Source: Nymphaea colorata
Taxonomy: Eukaryota
Reading direction: 5' to 3'
NCBI RefSeq assembly: GCF_008831285.2
Contig: NC_045138.2
Location: 26,102,001 to 26,166,000, forward strand
Length of the DNA: 64,000 nucleotides
Shown: piece by piece, positions 19,705-33,000 of the stretch
Numbering within the stretch: position 1 is the first letter of the stretch
Layout of the letters: each line of letters begins with the position of its first letter
The notes under the pieces: model-generated
What the model saw: only the letters and a program-made list of their open reading frames with translations
Told to the model about the DNA's origin: nothing
The model's database searches: none
Translations under genes and position numbers: made by a program

Positions 19705-21335
19705 TTTACTTGTCAGTATAATAAGGCAACAACTCCTGAAACTTGAGCCAAAGTGGGCCTGTCTCCTGAACATTAACGTTCTCTGGCCCACGAAGGTATG
19801 CTTGAACAATGAACTCATGAGTTCTTTCCCTGCTCAAAATCGACAGCACCAGTTGAAAAATCTGGACAGTTCACACCCCATAAATTTCAATATGCAGAAT
19901 ACCAAATCAAGTTACCTTCCTTCATACTGTGATAGCCATAATACGTATGCAGCACCAAAATACATTGAGACAAACGGCATGGATAGGTCCTCCGCCGACC
20001 TAATTATTCGTGCCTTATAACCTACATCACTTGGGAACAGTAAGAAGAAACGATGAGCTTCTGAAGCAACACAATATAGCACGTAACATAGAAAAGATTG
20101 TCCTGCCCTTTCTAGTCGAGAATAAGCTTTTTATGAAGTTTCACACTCTCGCAATCAGATAAGCTGCTGGTTTTTTAACAGGATAGTGCTTTAACCTCAA
20201 AATATCACCTGCCTACTCTTCATCAAAACATTTTGAACACCGACAGCATAACGTACTTTCATGTAGAAATGCAAAAAAGGTGATAAACAAAAAACCAATA
20301 ATTTAATGGATGAGTCATCTACCCCCTCATTCCTCTGCCATATGGCAATCAAGGAGCACTTCGGCAAGCTGCAGGATTAATTGAAATTGTTGCTTCACAA
20401 TCCAAATGTCCATTTCACCTTTAAAATGGGTACTTTAGAGATTTCACAAAGGTCATTAGGTCCATGACACATTCATTAATCCATCACATTCTCTACTTCT
20501 TGCTTTTTATCCCCAGTATTGTATCCCTCGCCATTGGTTTGTCCTAGGCAATATCTTTCAGCATTGAGAGGTCTTCTCCCACGCAGCTTATTTCTGTTTC
20601 ACTTGTCTATAAGCATGTATATGTGATTGGATATCACTTTGAAACAGATCAAAGAAGATCCCCTCACTTGAAAATTGAAACTAAGAAGGAAATATAGGTC
20701 GCCATTGCTAAGTGGTGCACCCACACTCATGTGACATAGCTAGAAATTCCTTTTGCTTTTCAATTAAATGGTTGCAGATGATGATTCATGTCATATGATG
20801 CTTTTATAATACTCAAGAGTGAATAATATGCCTGCTTACTTGTATAGCCAAAGGGCAGTTGGGTAGCCGATGCCCATGATTCCAGATTTTGAGTCCATAC
20901 CATGGAGAAACCTCATGCTACTAAGTTCAGCAAGGGCAGATAAAAATTCCTGCACTTAAGAAATAGAAATAGCACATGAAGTTAAGAAGCACAAGTACAT
21001 GAATAATCTCGCGGCATCAAACATAGGAGAATCTTTCATTGCATGCAGCAAGAACTCAAGCAAGATTATGCTACCTAAATAAAAAGAAATATGATCAATT
21101 TTGTGTCAAAACTATTTGAAACAATGGTGGCTACAATGTCATGTCATGTCAGAGACAAAATAGTTAGATAATTCTGTAAAAACTAACCGATCTTAATCCT
21201 CTGGAAGCAAAATGCCTTGAGATTGTAATATCTGCAACAGCCTACACAAAGAGTACAAAACTATGTCAAAAGGGAAAACATGGAATTGTACGACAAACAA
21301 ACATTTAAGGGAAAGAAATTGAAGATTACACCATG

Positions 21336-21388
<53 letters not shown>

Positions 21389-24300
21389 GATAAAAATTGC
21401 AAACTACCAAGCTTGGCCCAATAAAGTTGTCACATGGGTAATGTCACTTAGCTGGTACATTGTGCTTCCACCACACATTACAACTCCAAGGCACAGCTAG
21501 TTGAGCCTGGTTTACACGTGGCCGATACTCAATATCGCATTTTTCTGATAAACATGCTTCTCTATTTTACATTTGCAGTTTTTTCTTTGAAGATCATATT
21601 TGACAAGCATTTGAATCTTTTAATTGGACGTATTAATTATGTTTACAAATGACAACACAACATCATTTTTATCATTAATTTAGCTTTATATCATCAAAAC
21701 TCAAATTGTGCCTGACTCGGCTGAGTCAGCCGAGTCTGGGTGTGGATCGCTTGGGTCCTACAACATGACCCAGTAAGGGAACGATCCCGATCCAACTAGG
21801 GCGATTCCCAAGTCAGATCGCTGGGTTTGCCAACTATGGACTATGCTCTTTACATACAGATGGCAATGCTGTTGCATCATTAACACTGGGACATGTGATG
21901 TGGATTCTGAGTCATGCATCAAACTTTACTTGAGAAATAGGACAAAAACAAACCCATTTTTTAATTTTGAAAAAGTAGAAACCCATTCACATATTTTAAT
22001 AGCTCATGTTGTTGAAATAACCCTAAAGATATTAAAAATATTCAAAAATTTTAAATAATGGTTTTCAAAGATAGGCATCCATATCCATATGTCCAAAAGC
22101 CTCAGCCAGTCAATCACATGAAAGGAAATCTGCAGGCAAAATTGGACAGAGAAGATAACTTGGTAAATATATGTGCATCTGTTGGGTGAAGAATGTTTAT
22201 TCACTAAAAGTAACATGTGAAATTCAATTATTATTTATATGCTACTACCAGATATCTGATAACTAGATGAGCAGAGCGTCTGAAATGAACTTAAGAAATA
22301 TTTGGCTCTCCAAAAAAAAGTGAAAGCAACATTCTGATGCACTTGTTATGGTCACCACAGCAAAGAGGATCAAGAAATTCAATATGCGGTATTTTGTGGT
22401 TATACCTTCACCTCCACCCGAGAAAGATATGGCCTCTTGTTCGAGTCAAGTGAGAAACGCACACTGCCTCTCCTTTCTCCAGATTTTTCCCACTCCTTTA
22501 AGACCTCAGGACATCTCCATAGTTCTTCCATATCTTCCTTGGACGCCTTTGAGTCCCAATATGCCCATTCATCACCTATGCTATGGTAAAAACAAGTCAA
22601 GCTACACTGATAAACATTTCCCCCAGACAAGGCAAACCAAAAGTGACTATGGAAAACTAAACGAACTTGATTTTTTATAAGACAACATCAATAAAACATT
22701 CACCATCAATGTAGAAATTCTCAAAACTATGTGCTTCGCTTCAAGAAGATTTCAAATGTGAATGATACAGATTAAAGCAAACACATTTTAATATTTCAGG
22801 TTCCTACTGTTCATCTACGAGTTAGCAATAGGAGAAACAAAGACCAATAGCGAAGAAATGGTGAACAGAAGAAATTTCAAATATGGAGCCCTTCTATAGT
22901 TACACAGTTGAAGATGGAGTGCATATGCCAAATCCTGAACAATTCATGAGTCAATAAAGTGGTCATGTTTTATGTATAAGTAGGTGCTCAGCACTCACTT
23001 GTACATTGGGTGGCCCCACCTAAGAAAAAAATATTAATATCACAAATGCTAGAAGAGCCTCTTCTTGTACAAATATAACCAAGTTAACGACATCCTTTGA
23101 TGTGAATCACTTTTTGTTTTTGGTTGCCAGGACTTTGTTTTTCTGCTAGCTAGACAATCAAACTTATACCTGAATAACTTTTACGGTTTTGCCAAACTCA
23201 CTAGAAGAGAAACTGAACATTTACACAGAAGCAAAAACTAATTTTTGAACAGTCAGCAAGGAACAACATAGTTTAAACAAAAGTACAAAGCTATTATTTG
23301 GTAAATGACTTCTCCTTGTTATCAATTCAATAAATTTCTGGTGAAAATAATTCATATACGTAAAAAGCAGACAGGCTTTTGACTGCTCAAGGCACAACCT
23401 ATGGATATGAAAGAATACTGAAGACATTTTTCAAGAAACAGCCTTCTGAACTTATATTTACTCCATAATTCAGCCATAATGTGGATATCTCAGTCACATA
23501 TTTGTAGCTTCGCCAAATAATATGAACCAATCATAGCCGAAACCAAGATACATTCTGAAATACATTGAATTAGGTTTGCTAAAAAGAGAATAGGAAAACA
23601 GTTTAAGAGGCTGTATATTTGTGGAGAAGAAGACAAAGACCAATCAGCAAGGTCCACAGAATTTAGCTGAAATGTGGACAAAACTGCCTGGCTCTTGATG
23701 AGGAATTTAAGAGATGCTCAAAGCTTGTTTCAGCTTTTTGACGTGTCAGGAGTTCATAAGGCATTCTTCTTCACCTACTGCACCTTTTAGTAAAAATGGT
23801 AAAATTGTTTATCTCCATATAACAAATTCAAAGAAGAAGTTGGAAAAATTAATGATCGACCAGCTCTATCACAGCCCTGCAGTAGAAGGCGCAGATCTCC
23901 TATATTCTCTGAATTATCCAACTGCCCTTCATTCTAACCTTGGTCTATATGATAAAATCGGCTTATTCGTGGATTAACATATCTCAGATTGTAACATACA
24001 TTTCCCAACAAGTTGATATCACAATAGTAATTATTTAGCAGTTCATAGACATTTAAACAGGTGAATATCAGTTGCAAACGGGAGCAATTGTGAATCTGGG
24101 CATTGGAGACACACAGATAATAAAAGAAAAATAGAAAGCCCATCTCTCTAGACTTAGTTCAAAAAAGGCAAAACAAATGGTTGCGAAGAATGAGTACTAA
24201 ATATAACATGACAATCTGATGTGCTAGAGAAGGATCAGACTTGGCAGTTCTTGCAAGAGGCAACAAGAAAATATTACAGCACCTGCCTTCGATGAAGCTG

Positions 24301-25256
24301 GTACAAGAGATCTTTGAACATCATTTGTCGCGGAATGGAACTCCAGGAGCTGGGTTTCACTGAAGATAAGCAAGAGAAAGCCAAAAGGGATCAGCACAGT
24401 TTCATCTATCAAACCCTTAAATTGTAACCTGAAAATACAGTTAACTGAGTATGAAAGCAGTCTCATTATGCGCTTGCAGCAAAAAAATACACATGTTCAA
24501 AGCTACAAGCAACCAAAATCTTTGAGCATCAGCAACCGTGTTGCAAGATACTCCATTATAAATTGTATACATGTAACACCTCATCTGTGTAGAAGGACAT
24601 GAGAATTGTCTTATATTCAATGTTAGAGTTTATGTATCTGAGAATTATACTACCAGTAATCCTGGGGTTCATAACATTTTTAGCACAAACCAATGGAAGC
24701 TATGGGGCAGGTCAGGATATCCGCTACTAGACATTAGGTTAAGTTTGAGTTGGGCGATTATGGTCGGTATAAAAGATAAGTTTAAAATTCAGACAACGAC
24801 TCCAACGGGTGTAATTGTAAGTTTGTAACACCCCATGTCAAAGGACTAAAAATAGTCTTCTATTAATGCCATTGAAAATATTTGAGGGGTTTATAAGCTT
24901 TCATCCCATATTACTGCTTCCCTCATATGTCTCTTTCCTTAGGTGTGAACCCAAAACCAGCTACAAGGTGGGTGGAATTTGCCATAGCAGACATGAGACA
25001 ATTTACATTACAATTAGCATACTGAGAGCCTTACTGTTAGGGTCCAACTAGTGTTTAAAAACTCATCCGAGTTAACTCAGTTGACTCAATGACTTGGTCC
25101 TCAACCTGGTCACAAAATGGGAAAACTAGGAATTGGCAAGGCTCACCCGGGTCATGAAATGACCAAGCTGAGCCATCAGAGCTTTGACACAAAAACATAC
25201 TATGTACATGATAATAAATATTGGATGTGTGTGCATGCGTGTGTGTATGTCCATCT

Positions 25257-25287
<31 letters not shown>

Positions 25288-28161
25288 CATACACATATGT
25301 TACCATACATATTATATATAAATATGTCAATGTTATAAACAAACTAAAAAGACTATTACACACATGTATATTTTATGTGAAAAAAAATTTGTCAAATCCA
25401 GGCCCAGTCAACAAGTTCATCCAGCGAGTCAAATTTTCTATGAGTCAAATCCCAAGACACTACGTTTCAAAACATTGGAGCAAAAAGAAAAGATGTAGAT
25501 TCCTTAAGAAGGGTAGAATCTAACACTCCATGAATGTGGAAAGACTCAAAAATAATCGTATAAAAAATTTTCCGAAATCTTCAGGTGTTTACATACCTAG
25601 ATGCCATACCATTATCCTTGTTCATATACTTTCTAGTGCAAATTAAAGCTACCAATGTAGTAGGTTGGGATCTGATAAACCATATACTGAGTCAGCTGTG
25701 GGTCCACTGGCATCCACATTCCACAACTGAGGGCATCCAAGACACATCCACACACACAGCATGCATGAGATAGATGTTTGCGCATTTATGTGTTCAAAAT
25801 TCAAAAACCAACATGATTAGAAAAAAAAATAATGAACAGAAATTTAAGCCATGATGGTTAGGAAATGTTGAATAACTAAATTCAAACTGGGAATTTCTAT
25901 TTACATAACGATATGAATTCTAAATGAAAGAAATAGAAAATAGGAACTGAAACATGGAGAACAAATACAGCATTAAGCAAAGAGAATGAAGTGGAGAACT
26001 AATGAACCAACACAGAAAAGCAAAAGGCATGCCATTACCTTTCGTTGAGTTAGCACTTAGCAAGATCACATTTTTAATATATCCCACAAACTAAGAATGT
26101 CTAAATAGAGTTTCTAAAGAAACTTGAGAGATTAAAATTCCAGAAATGCCTTATCATGAGAAGACCATGTGGAAGACAACCATCACATGAAACTTAAGTA
26201 GAAGTCATCTGTACTTACAATCTTATTGTGAAAATTTGGAAAGAGATCATATAACTTCAGGATCATAGTGGACATTTCTTGGTCTAACAAGTGATTATAG
26301 AGAGAAGGATAGAAGGTGTACTTAAAGCATATTCAAGCTGACCTCTTAATTTGCAGATTCTCTTTCACAGAGAGATATCGTTTCCAATAACCAGAAGTTG
26401 ATTTATGTGAAGCTTTTTTGGGTCCACCAATAAATGCCCTAACAACAAATTCCTCACATCTTTCCCTGCCAAAAGATATCACTATCTCAGTTATACCTTA
26501 AAAACGAAAACCAGAAAAGAAGATAACAATAATTCAAGAAAACTTTTATTCTTTAAATTATGGACAGCATTGCTTTCAAAGGTGTTCTCCATGACAAAAC
26601 TAAAAAAAAAAAAAAAAGAAACCACCGACTTCTCTAAGAGAGAAGGTAAAAGATTCAGCGACACAACATACTTTCCATTATAACCTGATAGCCAATTTAG
26701 GTAAGCAGCACCAATATAAACATTTACAAATGGCCTGTATAGCATGTCAGGCTTCCCCTCAATATCATATGCTCTGAAGCCCAAGTCCCTACAAGGAGTT
26801 GGCAGCGGGTCAGCAACATAAAAAGCGTAATTATCAATCAAACCAACCCTCTAAGAACAACGAAGTAGTTCAGTATATACTTAAAGATCCATTCTGCAGT
26901 AGCTGGTAGGATTCCCATAAGTCCAATACTGACATTCTTTGTTTTCCGATCATAGCTTTCTGCAAGAGGCTGCCTACTACTCCCTATTTCAGATATAGCA
27001 CAGATCATATCCTGCGACATGGCTACCCAGTTAAATTGGCAGGAAAACAATCAAGCTCTGAATTTTACCAAAGACCAATGCGATCATACAATAGATATAA
27101 AAACAATAATCATGAATTATGATAAAAAAATGCCTGTTGTGCCTGTGCATGGTCTACATGCAGGCGTGCATTTGGCATCGATGTGGGCATGCATATACAA
27201 GATCATGCCCTATTTTCATCATTTTTTCTAGTTAGTGTTAATAGTAAACGATTAGTTCAACTCTGAGGTACTACAATCCTTTACAAATTTATCAATTAAT
27301 GCTTCAAATAACAGACTCGAGAAATTAAACAAATAATTATGGTCGAGGGGCTTCGCAAGGCTACTTTCCAACACATCCTAAGATAACGTGACAAAAAAGC
27401 AGAAGAAGAAAGTCAACTTACTGTATCAACATGAGAACTAAAATGCCTACGAACAATAATACCGGCAACAGCCTGCAAGACCAAGGGACCCACGTTAAAA
27501 CAAGATACGCTGCACAAACATAGCATCTGAAAACCCTGCAGCAATCAGCTGCGACCGTGAAAAACTTTGTTTCCTTTTTTCTTCGAGAACAAGGGAAATC
27601 GCCAAGTCATTTCGAATATATTGGACATACCCACTTAGAAATGCACGGGTACCATGTCCAGTTCCATTCCCTAAGCAAACCTTCTCGAGGCCCTCTAAGA
27701 AAATTTGTGCATTGCTTTGGACCCGTGGAGAAAAATGCATAATCAAACACTAAACCGTATACCTTCCTCCACTTGGAAGCATTAGGCCGACTGACCTAAG
27801 CCTCGCAGGATTACATTCAATTTCATCTGGAATTCATTCTACGTGTAATCTGCATAGTAATGTAACATCTGTCGACAAGAACGCATGATTTCTCACTCCT
27901 GTTACTGGTTTTCTAGAAAAATCGTCACGTCTAATGGGTGGCTACCAGAAACACGGAAGAAGCTAGGAAATGGGAAATTTGGTGGTTTACCTTCATCTCG
28001 GTCTGTGTGAGGTAAACTTGGCCGTCGGGGTCCCTGGAGAGGTGGACCTTGCGACCTTTGGTCTCCCCGACGCTAATCCACTCGTCACTGACGCGGGTAT
28101 CCATCCACATTTCCTCCATGTCGTCAGCATCCACGCAATCGTCCCAGTATTTGAACGACAT
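19596..28161 (-). CDS. Plant transglycosylase SLT-domain (lysozyme-like fold) protein, two tandem units, C-terminal CaaX; ~421 aa, 12 exons
   Basis: Exons (minus strand) 27991-28161, 27422-27472, 26881-27011, 26672-26788, 26343-26465, 24283-24359, 22406-22575, 21188-21241, 20840-20949, 19916-20029, 19710-19829, 19596-19623; all GT-AG; total 1266 nt in frame. Reads MSFKYWDDCV...SRDPDGQVYLTQTEMK, NVYIGAAYL and ends GSCTIS*. Resembles, from memory, Arabidopsis At1g16290. Confidence 0.88.
25051..25477. mobile_element. MITE-like insertion in an intron of the SLT-like gene
   Basis: TAGTGTTTAAAAAC...GTTTCAAAACATTG imperfect inverted ends; GAGTCAA/TTGACTC subterminal repeats; (AC)n/(AT)n core. Confidence 0.45.
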
Positions 28162-29592
28162 CCTCTCTCTCTCTAACCACGGAATGAATCCTGCTCACCC
28201 CTCAATAACACTCACCAACCCCCGAATAGCGCTCATCAATCAATACAAATCCTTCGTTTCCTCAAACCCTGAAATGAAGGATCAAAGGGAAGAAGACCAA
28301 TGGATGGAACCAACAATCAAAAGCTGGCATGATTAAGATCAAGATGGCCAGGAATGGATGCAAACACAAAGACAGTCCCTGAGAGGAGGGAGTTGCGCAT
28401 TTATTTTTGGGGGGCAATAATTTTTCAGTTGGCAAGCAACTTTTCCAGCGACACCCACAAGGCCTCAGCGTGAAGAAGACGCGCTCGAGCGCGCGCACAA
28501 GCAAGAGATGCCAATCTTAGTAAAAGAGAGAGAATGATAATCGTTCTTGCCATTCTTAGCTGGAAATTCACGACCATAATTACCGGCCATTTAAAGCAAA
28601 ACCAAGATCTAGGTTCCTTCTTTATGGTAGCGAGCGCGTCTTCTACCATCGCGTTTTCTCTTTCCATTTCTTATTTATTTCTCTGTTTATTTATTTATTT
28701 AAGAGCATTCATCACATGATTATCACCTTATCTTCCGCAAACAAACGTGGTGGTTCTCAAAATGGGTGGCTTAAAGCTTTTAATGGGCAAGCGAGTAGAA
28801 GCGTTTCATCATACCTCCTGGAAGAGAAGAGAGTCGAAACTTACTTTCATCCAACCCTTTTTTTTTTCAGTCTTGTTTAGTGGTTCGAAATACTGACTCC
28901 GCTGTATTTCAATTCGAACGTCAAGTAGGCCTTTTTTTACAGCATAAAAGAATTGACGACTTTAAGATAAACCAGAAATGACATGTAAATTGCTTGATTT
29001 CAAACAAAGTAACCGATAATCAGATTGCAAGAAGTTTGGTAAGATCCGAAAAGCAATATTCTAATAGTTTGCACTCATACTTGGCATGAATATTCATGTC
29101 CAACCACAAGTTTCTTTAAAAAGATAAATTGTTAATTTAAATACTGTAACTGCCACAGCGGTTCACGTTTGGCAGCAGTATTGACGTTAACATTGTGTCT
29201 TGAGGCTTAAATATGCTGTAATAAAGTCTGTAATTGGTAACGGATCTACAATTCATTTCATGTTAAAAATAACAAAATTGTTATCAAAATAAAGCGACAT
29301 GTGATCCTCTCTCACTCACGTACAAGCATTCACAAATATAATTTCCAGATCAATGCTGCAAAGAAGTGACATTCTGTGCCCCCGTGCCCCTCCCCCTTGG
29401 AGCTCAAAAAGCATGATTTTGGACTTTTTTACTGTTCACAAGAGTAATGCATTGGGCCGTAACAACTCCCACAAGTTTCATAACATAAACTCCCTTGAAA
29501 TGGACCGCCTTACTGCTCCATGTGCTAGAGGATCAGTAAGCATAGATATAGTTGGGCTGTCCAAATCGATGAAACAGTTAAAAGGAACCATG

Positions 29593-30025
29593 GAGCAGTT
29601 GCTTTTCCTGCTTTTTGCATGATTTTGTGATTTGATGAGGTTGGTAAGAGGGGCTGTCAAGTTGATCATCTGATGAGATAAGTTTCTTTCTGATTAGTTG
29701 CTTTTTCCTGCGGATTGCATCATTTTTGAGTTCGGTTAGAGAGCATGATGAGACAGGTTTTCTTTTTGGTAACTAGAGAGCAGTTGCTTTTTCCTGCTTG
29801 CTGGATCATCTTGTGATCTGATGAGTTTGGTCAGGGGGGTTGTCGAACTATGTTAAGACAAATAAGTAGATCATATGATGAGATTAGCTTCTCTTTCATA
29901 ACTGGAGAGTAGTTACTTTTCATGCTGTCTGCATCATCTTGTGATTAGGTGAGTTTGGTAAGTGGGGTTGTCAAACACAGTAAAGCCAAATAAGTAGTAC
30001 ATATGATGAGTTAAGTTCTTATTTA
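29593..30025. repeat. Diverged tandem repeat, about 4 copies of a ~100-130 bp unit
   Basis: Recurrent AGTTGCTTTTTCCTGC...GCATCATCTTGTGAT...GAGTTTGGT...GGGGTTGTC...ATGATGAG motif. Confidence 0.75.
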
Positions 30026-33000
30026 TAACTTTCTTCACTCAATACATATACATGAAGAATTGAAATCAGTCAGTTACCTTTGTGGCCATACGGTTATTTT
30101 TTTAAATTTTGTATCGTCGATTAGTTGCTTGACTATGTCCTTTGCAATAGAATACATTTTGGGACAGTTTTTGGCTGCACAAAACAAAAGGAACCATTCA
30201 AGCCACTGAACTAGCTGATTGATTTCAATTTATAACATGTATATGTATATATTATTTGCAAAATTTTCTTAATTTGTAAATGAGATCTGGATAATTAATT
30301 GGGAGCCCATATAAAAATGGCATTTATGCGCCTAATTAATACTATAGAAGTTTAGTAATCATTTGTCAGATTTTTTTTGGAATATAAAACCCATCTTATA
30401 TTTCTAAAAAGCATGTTTTTTGTATTGATTTTCTTGATTTTGGATGTAAAGAAGTAAAAGAACACATCTAGGTTACCGATTTTACATAAAAAGTGTAGAA
30501 ATACGTGAATGGAATAAGAATAACCGGTCTTGACTCTTGTTTTGTCTTTTTTTTTTTTTTTTGGTTTCCAGCGACGGAAAGACGGAACGCCGCGTCGCGC
30601 CAAAACTCCTGCCATTAGCTTCCCGCCATTGACGAAGCTCAAGGTATGCGCTACCTTCTCTTTCTTCTTCCTCTTCTGTCATATGCTTTGTTCTTCAGCT
30701 TCCTGTACAGCCTGTCCTCCCCTCTTCATCTGCGACACCCAAAACGATATTGGGTTTGAGTTTCGCCGGAAAGTCAAATATTCTTATTTTGCCTATATCG
30801 CCTGCCATTTGGTTCATTCTTCTACTCCGCAACCAATCCACCGGCAGGTAGTGTTGTTTTTCTGCAACTTCTTCTTCCTCTGGTACATGCCATTGTTGGT
30901 AACTGAAGGGGAAAAGAGGGAGAGTTTTCTGGTGGGTGCCGCGTACATATTCGCGACGTCTACACAGTTCTCTTCAGCTCCTGGAGTTTCCGACTGTTTT
31001 CTCGTTGGTTTTTCTAGTCGACTATGTCGTAAATCATTATAGCTTTGCTGCATTTGTTCTTCTCTGTTTTTTCTGTTCCTTTTCAGATCGTTTGTTGCTA
31101 TCCATTGGATTTCCTTCTCTGCAACTGATCTCTCTTAAATGGCCTCCATAGTTGTTTACGTGGGCAAATCCTCTGATCTCTTTTAGCTGCGGTGATTTAC
31201 TGAGGTTGGGAAAGAAATGCTTGAGAAGCTCCAGGCAAAGCTTAAGCTTTCCTTAATCTTGATCATTCCTTTCAATGCGGAATCGACGTACAACAAATCA
31301 AGCCAGCTAGTTGATAGATTGACATTAATTTTCTTGAGGCAAATAAATGAAGGCCTGAAAGGATACCATCCTCCAAAAGCTTATCGTGTTTGCTCGCTCT
31401 CAAAAAGTATATTGGTTTCATGAATCTCTCATATTAAAATCTACATGGTTGTGTATTTTGCAGTTGCTTCTGACTTCACAAGTCTCCTATCTGCAAAGAA
31501 GCCTGAGAAGTGCAATATCATTTCTTCATAGAAGGAATGGTTGCTCACGTTGGCTACGATTGCAAGTGAGTCAAACTGAAGACAGACATCCCCAAGGATT
31601 AAATTTATATTGAAGTAGGTTTGCAACGGAAACATGTAGTAGTCTTGTTATTATCTTTTTCCTTGTTGGTAGCAGGCATTTGCATAAATCTTTTTCTTCG
31701 ATTCATCGGTGAAATTTATCCAAGCAGAGTCGCAGACTTCTACATCATCTCCTGGTGCTTTGCTTGATGTGGAATGGTGGGATTCTCTTTGGCTGATAGT
31801 ACAGAAATATTGCCTACGGTAATTCAAGTTTTGGTCATATCCTTGATTTTCCAGAGGTACTGACTTCTTTTTCAGTGCGTTCAGCTCGTGATGATCTCAG
31901 TGCAGAAAATGAGGAACAATGTGTGTGTGTATGGGAGTGGCGACTGCCCAATGCAACAGTGTGCGATGCACTTTTCGTTCAATATTATTTTAAACTTAGA
32001 CCTGCATACCTACTCTTCTCCCCTCACTCCCTGGCTTTTAATGTACATAGATTGGATACACTTAATCACCAAACCGAGTTTTAATCCTCTGGATATGATA
32101 AAACAAACAGATTTAGATTTTGTGTTGTCATATAATCAGATTCGTACTTAGGTCTTATATCTGACTAGAATCTGATAAGGCCCTACGCGCTTATATACAA
32201 AGATTAGGTATTATGCTAATTGAGTGCAAAAACGATTTATAATAGGGTTCAAATGAGAGCCTCACTACACAGGATCCAATTAACTCAAATTCAGGAAAAA
32301 ACTGAATTCTACCCACATCCGAACTCTTTACATCCTTATTTGTGATCCTGCTCTCTTTCTCCTAACAGTCGAACAAAAATCGAAGAATTTGGACCATTTT
32401 CTTATCATTTAAAAAAATCTTCTTCACATAAAATATTTATTAATTATTTCTATAGAAATAAAATAAAGAAACCCAGTTTGGGCGGACGTTGAAATATGAT
32501 TTCTGTCAGCAAAAGAGATACAATGTGGAAACCTATAGTGACAATGCTGCATAAATTTATGACTAAAAGGTCTACGGTTGCAAATTAGGTGGATTTAGTA
32601 AGAGGTTTTTATCAATTTTTAGTTGTACCAAGAAAAAGGATTCCAATCTAAGGTGGGATGGAACATGTTTAGCAATCTAAGATTCCATCTATTTGCATTT
32701 ACTCGTAATTGCAACAGTTAATATCAGGTAAACATGAAGATTAATTCTACTGTTCAAGTGCTCTATGTTCAAGTGAGAGCAGAAGCTCCCTTCGACTTTT
32801 ACCAAACGGATTCGACTTCAAAATTTGAAAATGACGGAGTTGAACCAAGACTTCTTGCCAGAGTTGTACCAAGACTTTTACCAAACGGATACGACTTCAA
32901 AATTTGAAAATAACGGAGTTGGGGGCTGTGCACATGCTTATCCAGTTCAAGTGTCCGTTGAGATATAAGGATGTTCAGACTTCGTGCCAGCAGGTTCCTT

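Noticed and set aside
30530..31042. 170-aa plus-strand ORF
   Set aside because: Non-ATG start, Phe/Ser/Cys-rich composition typical of pyrimidine-rich intron or UTR DNA, no domain.
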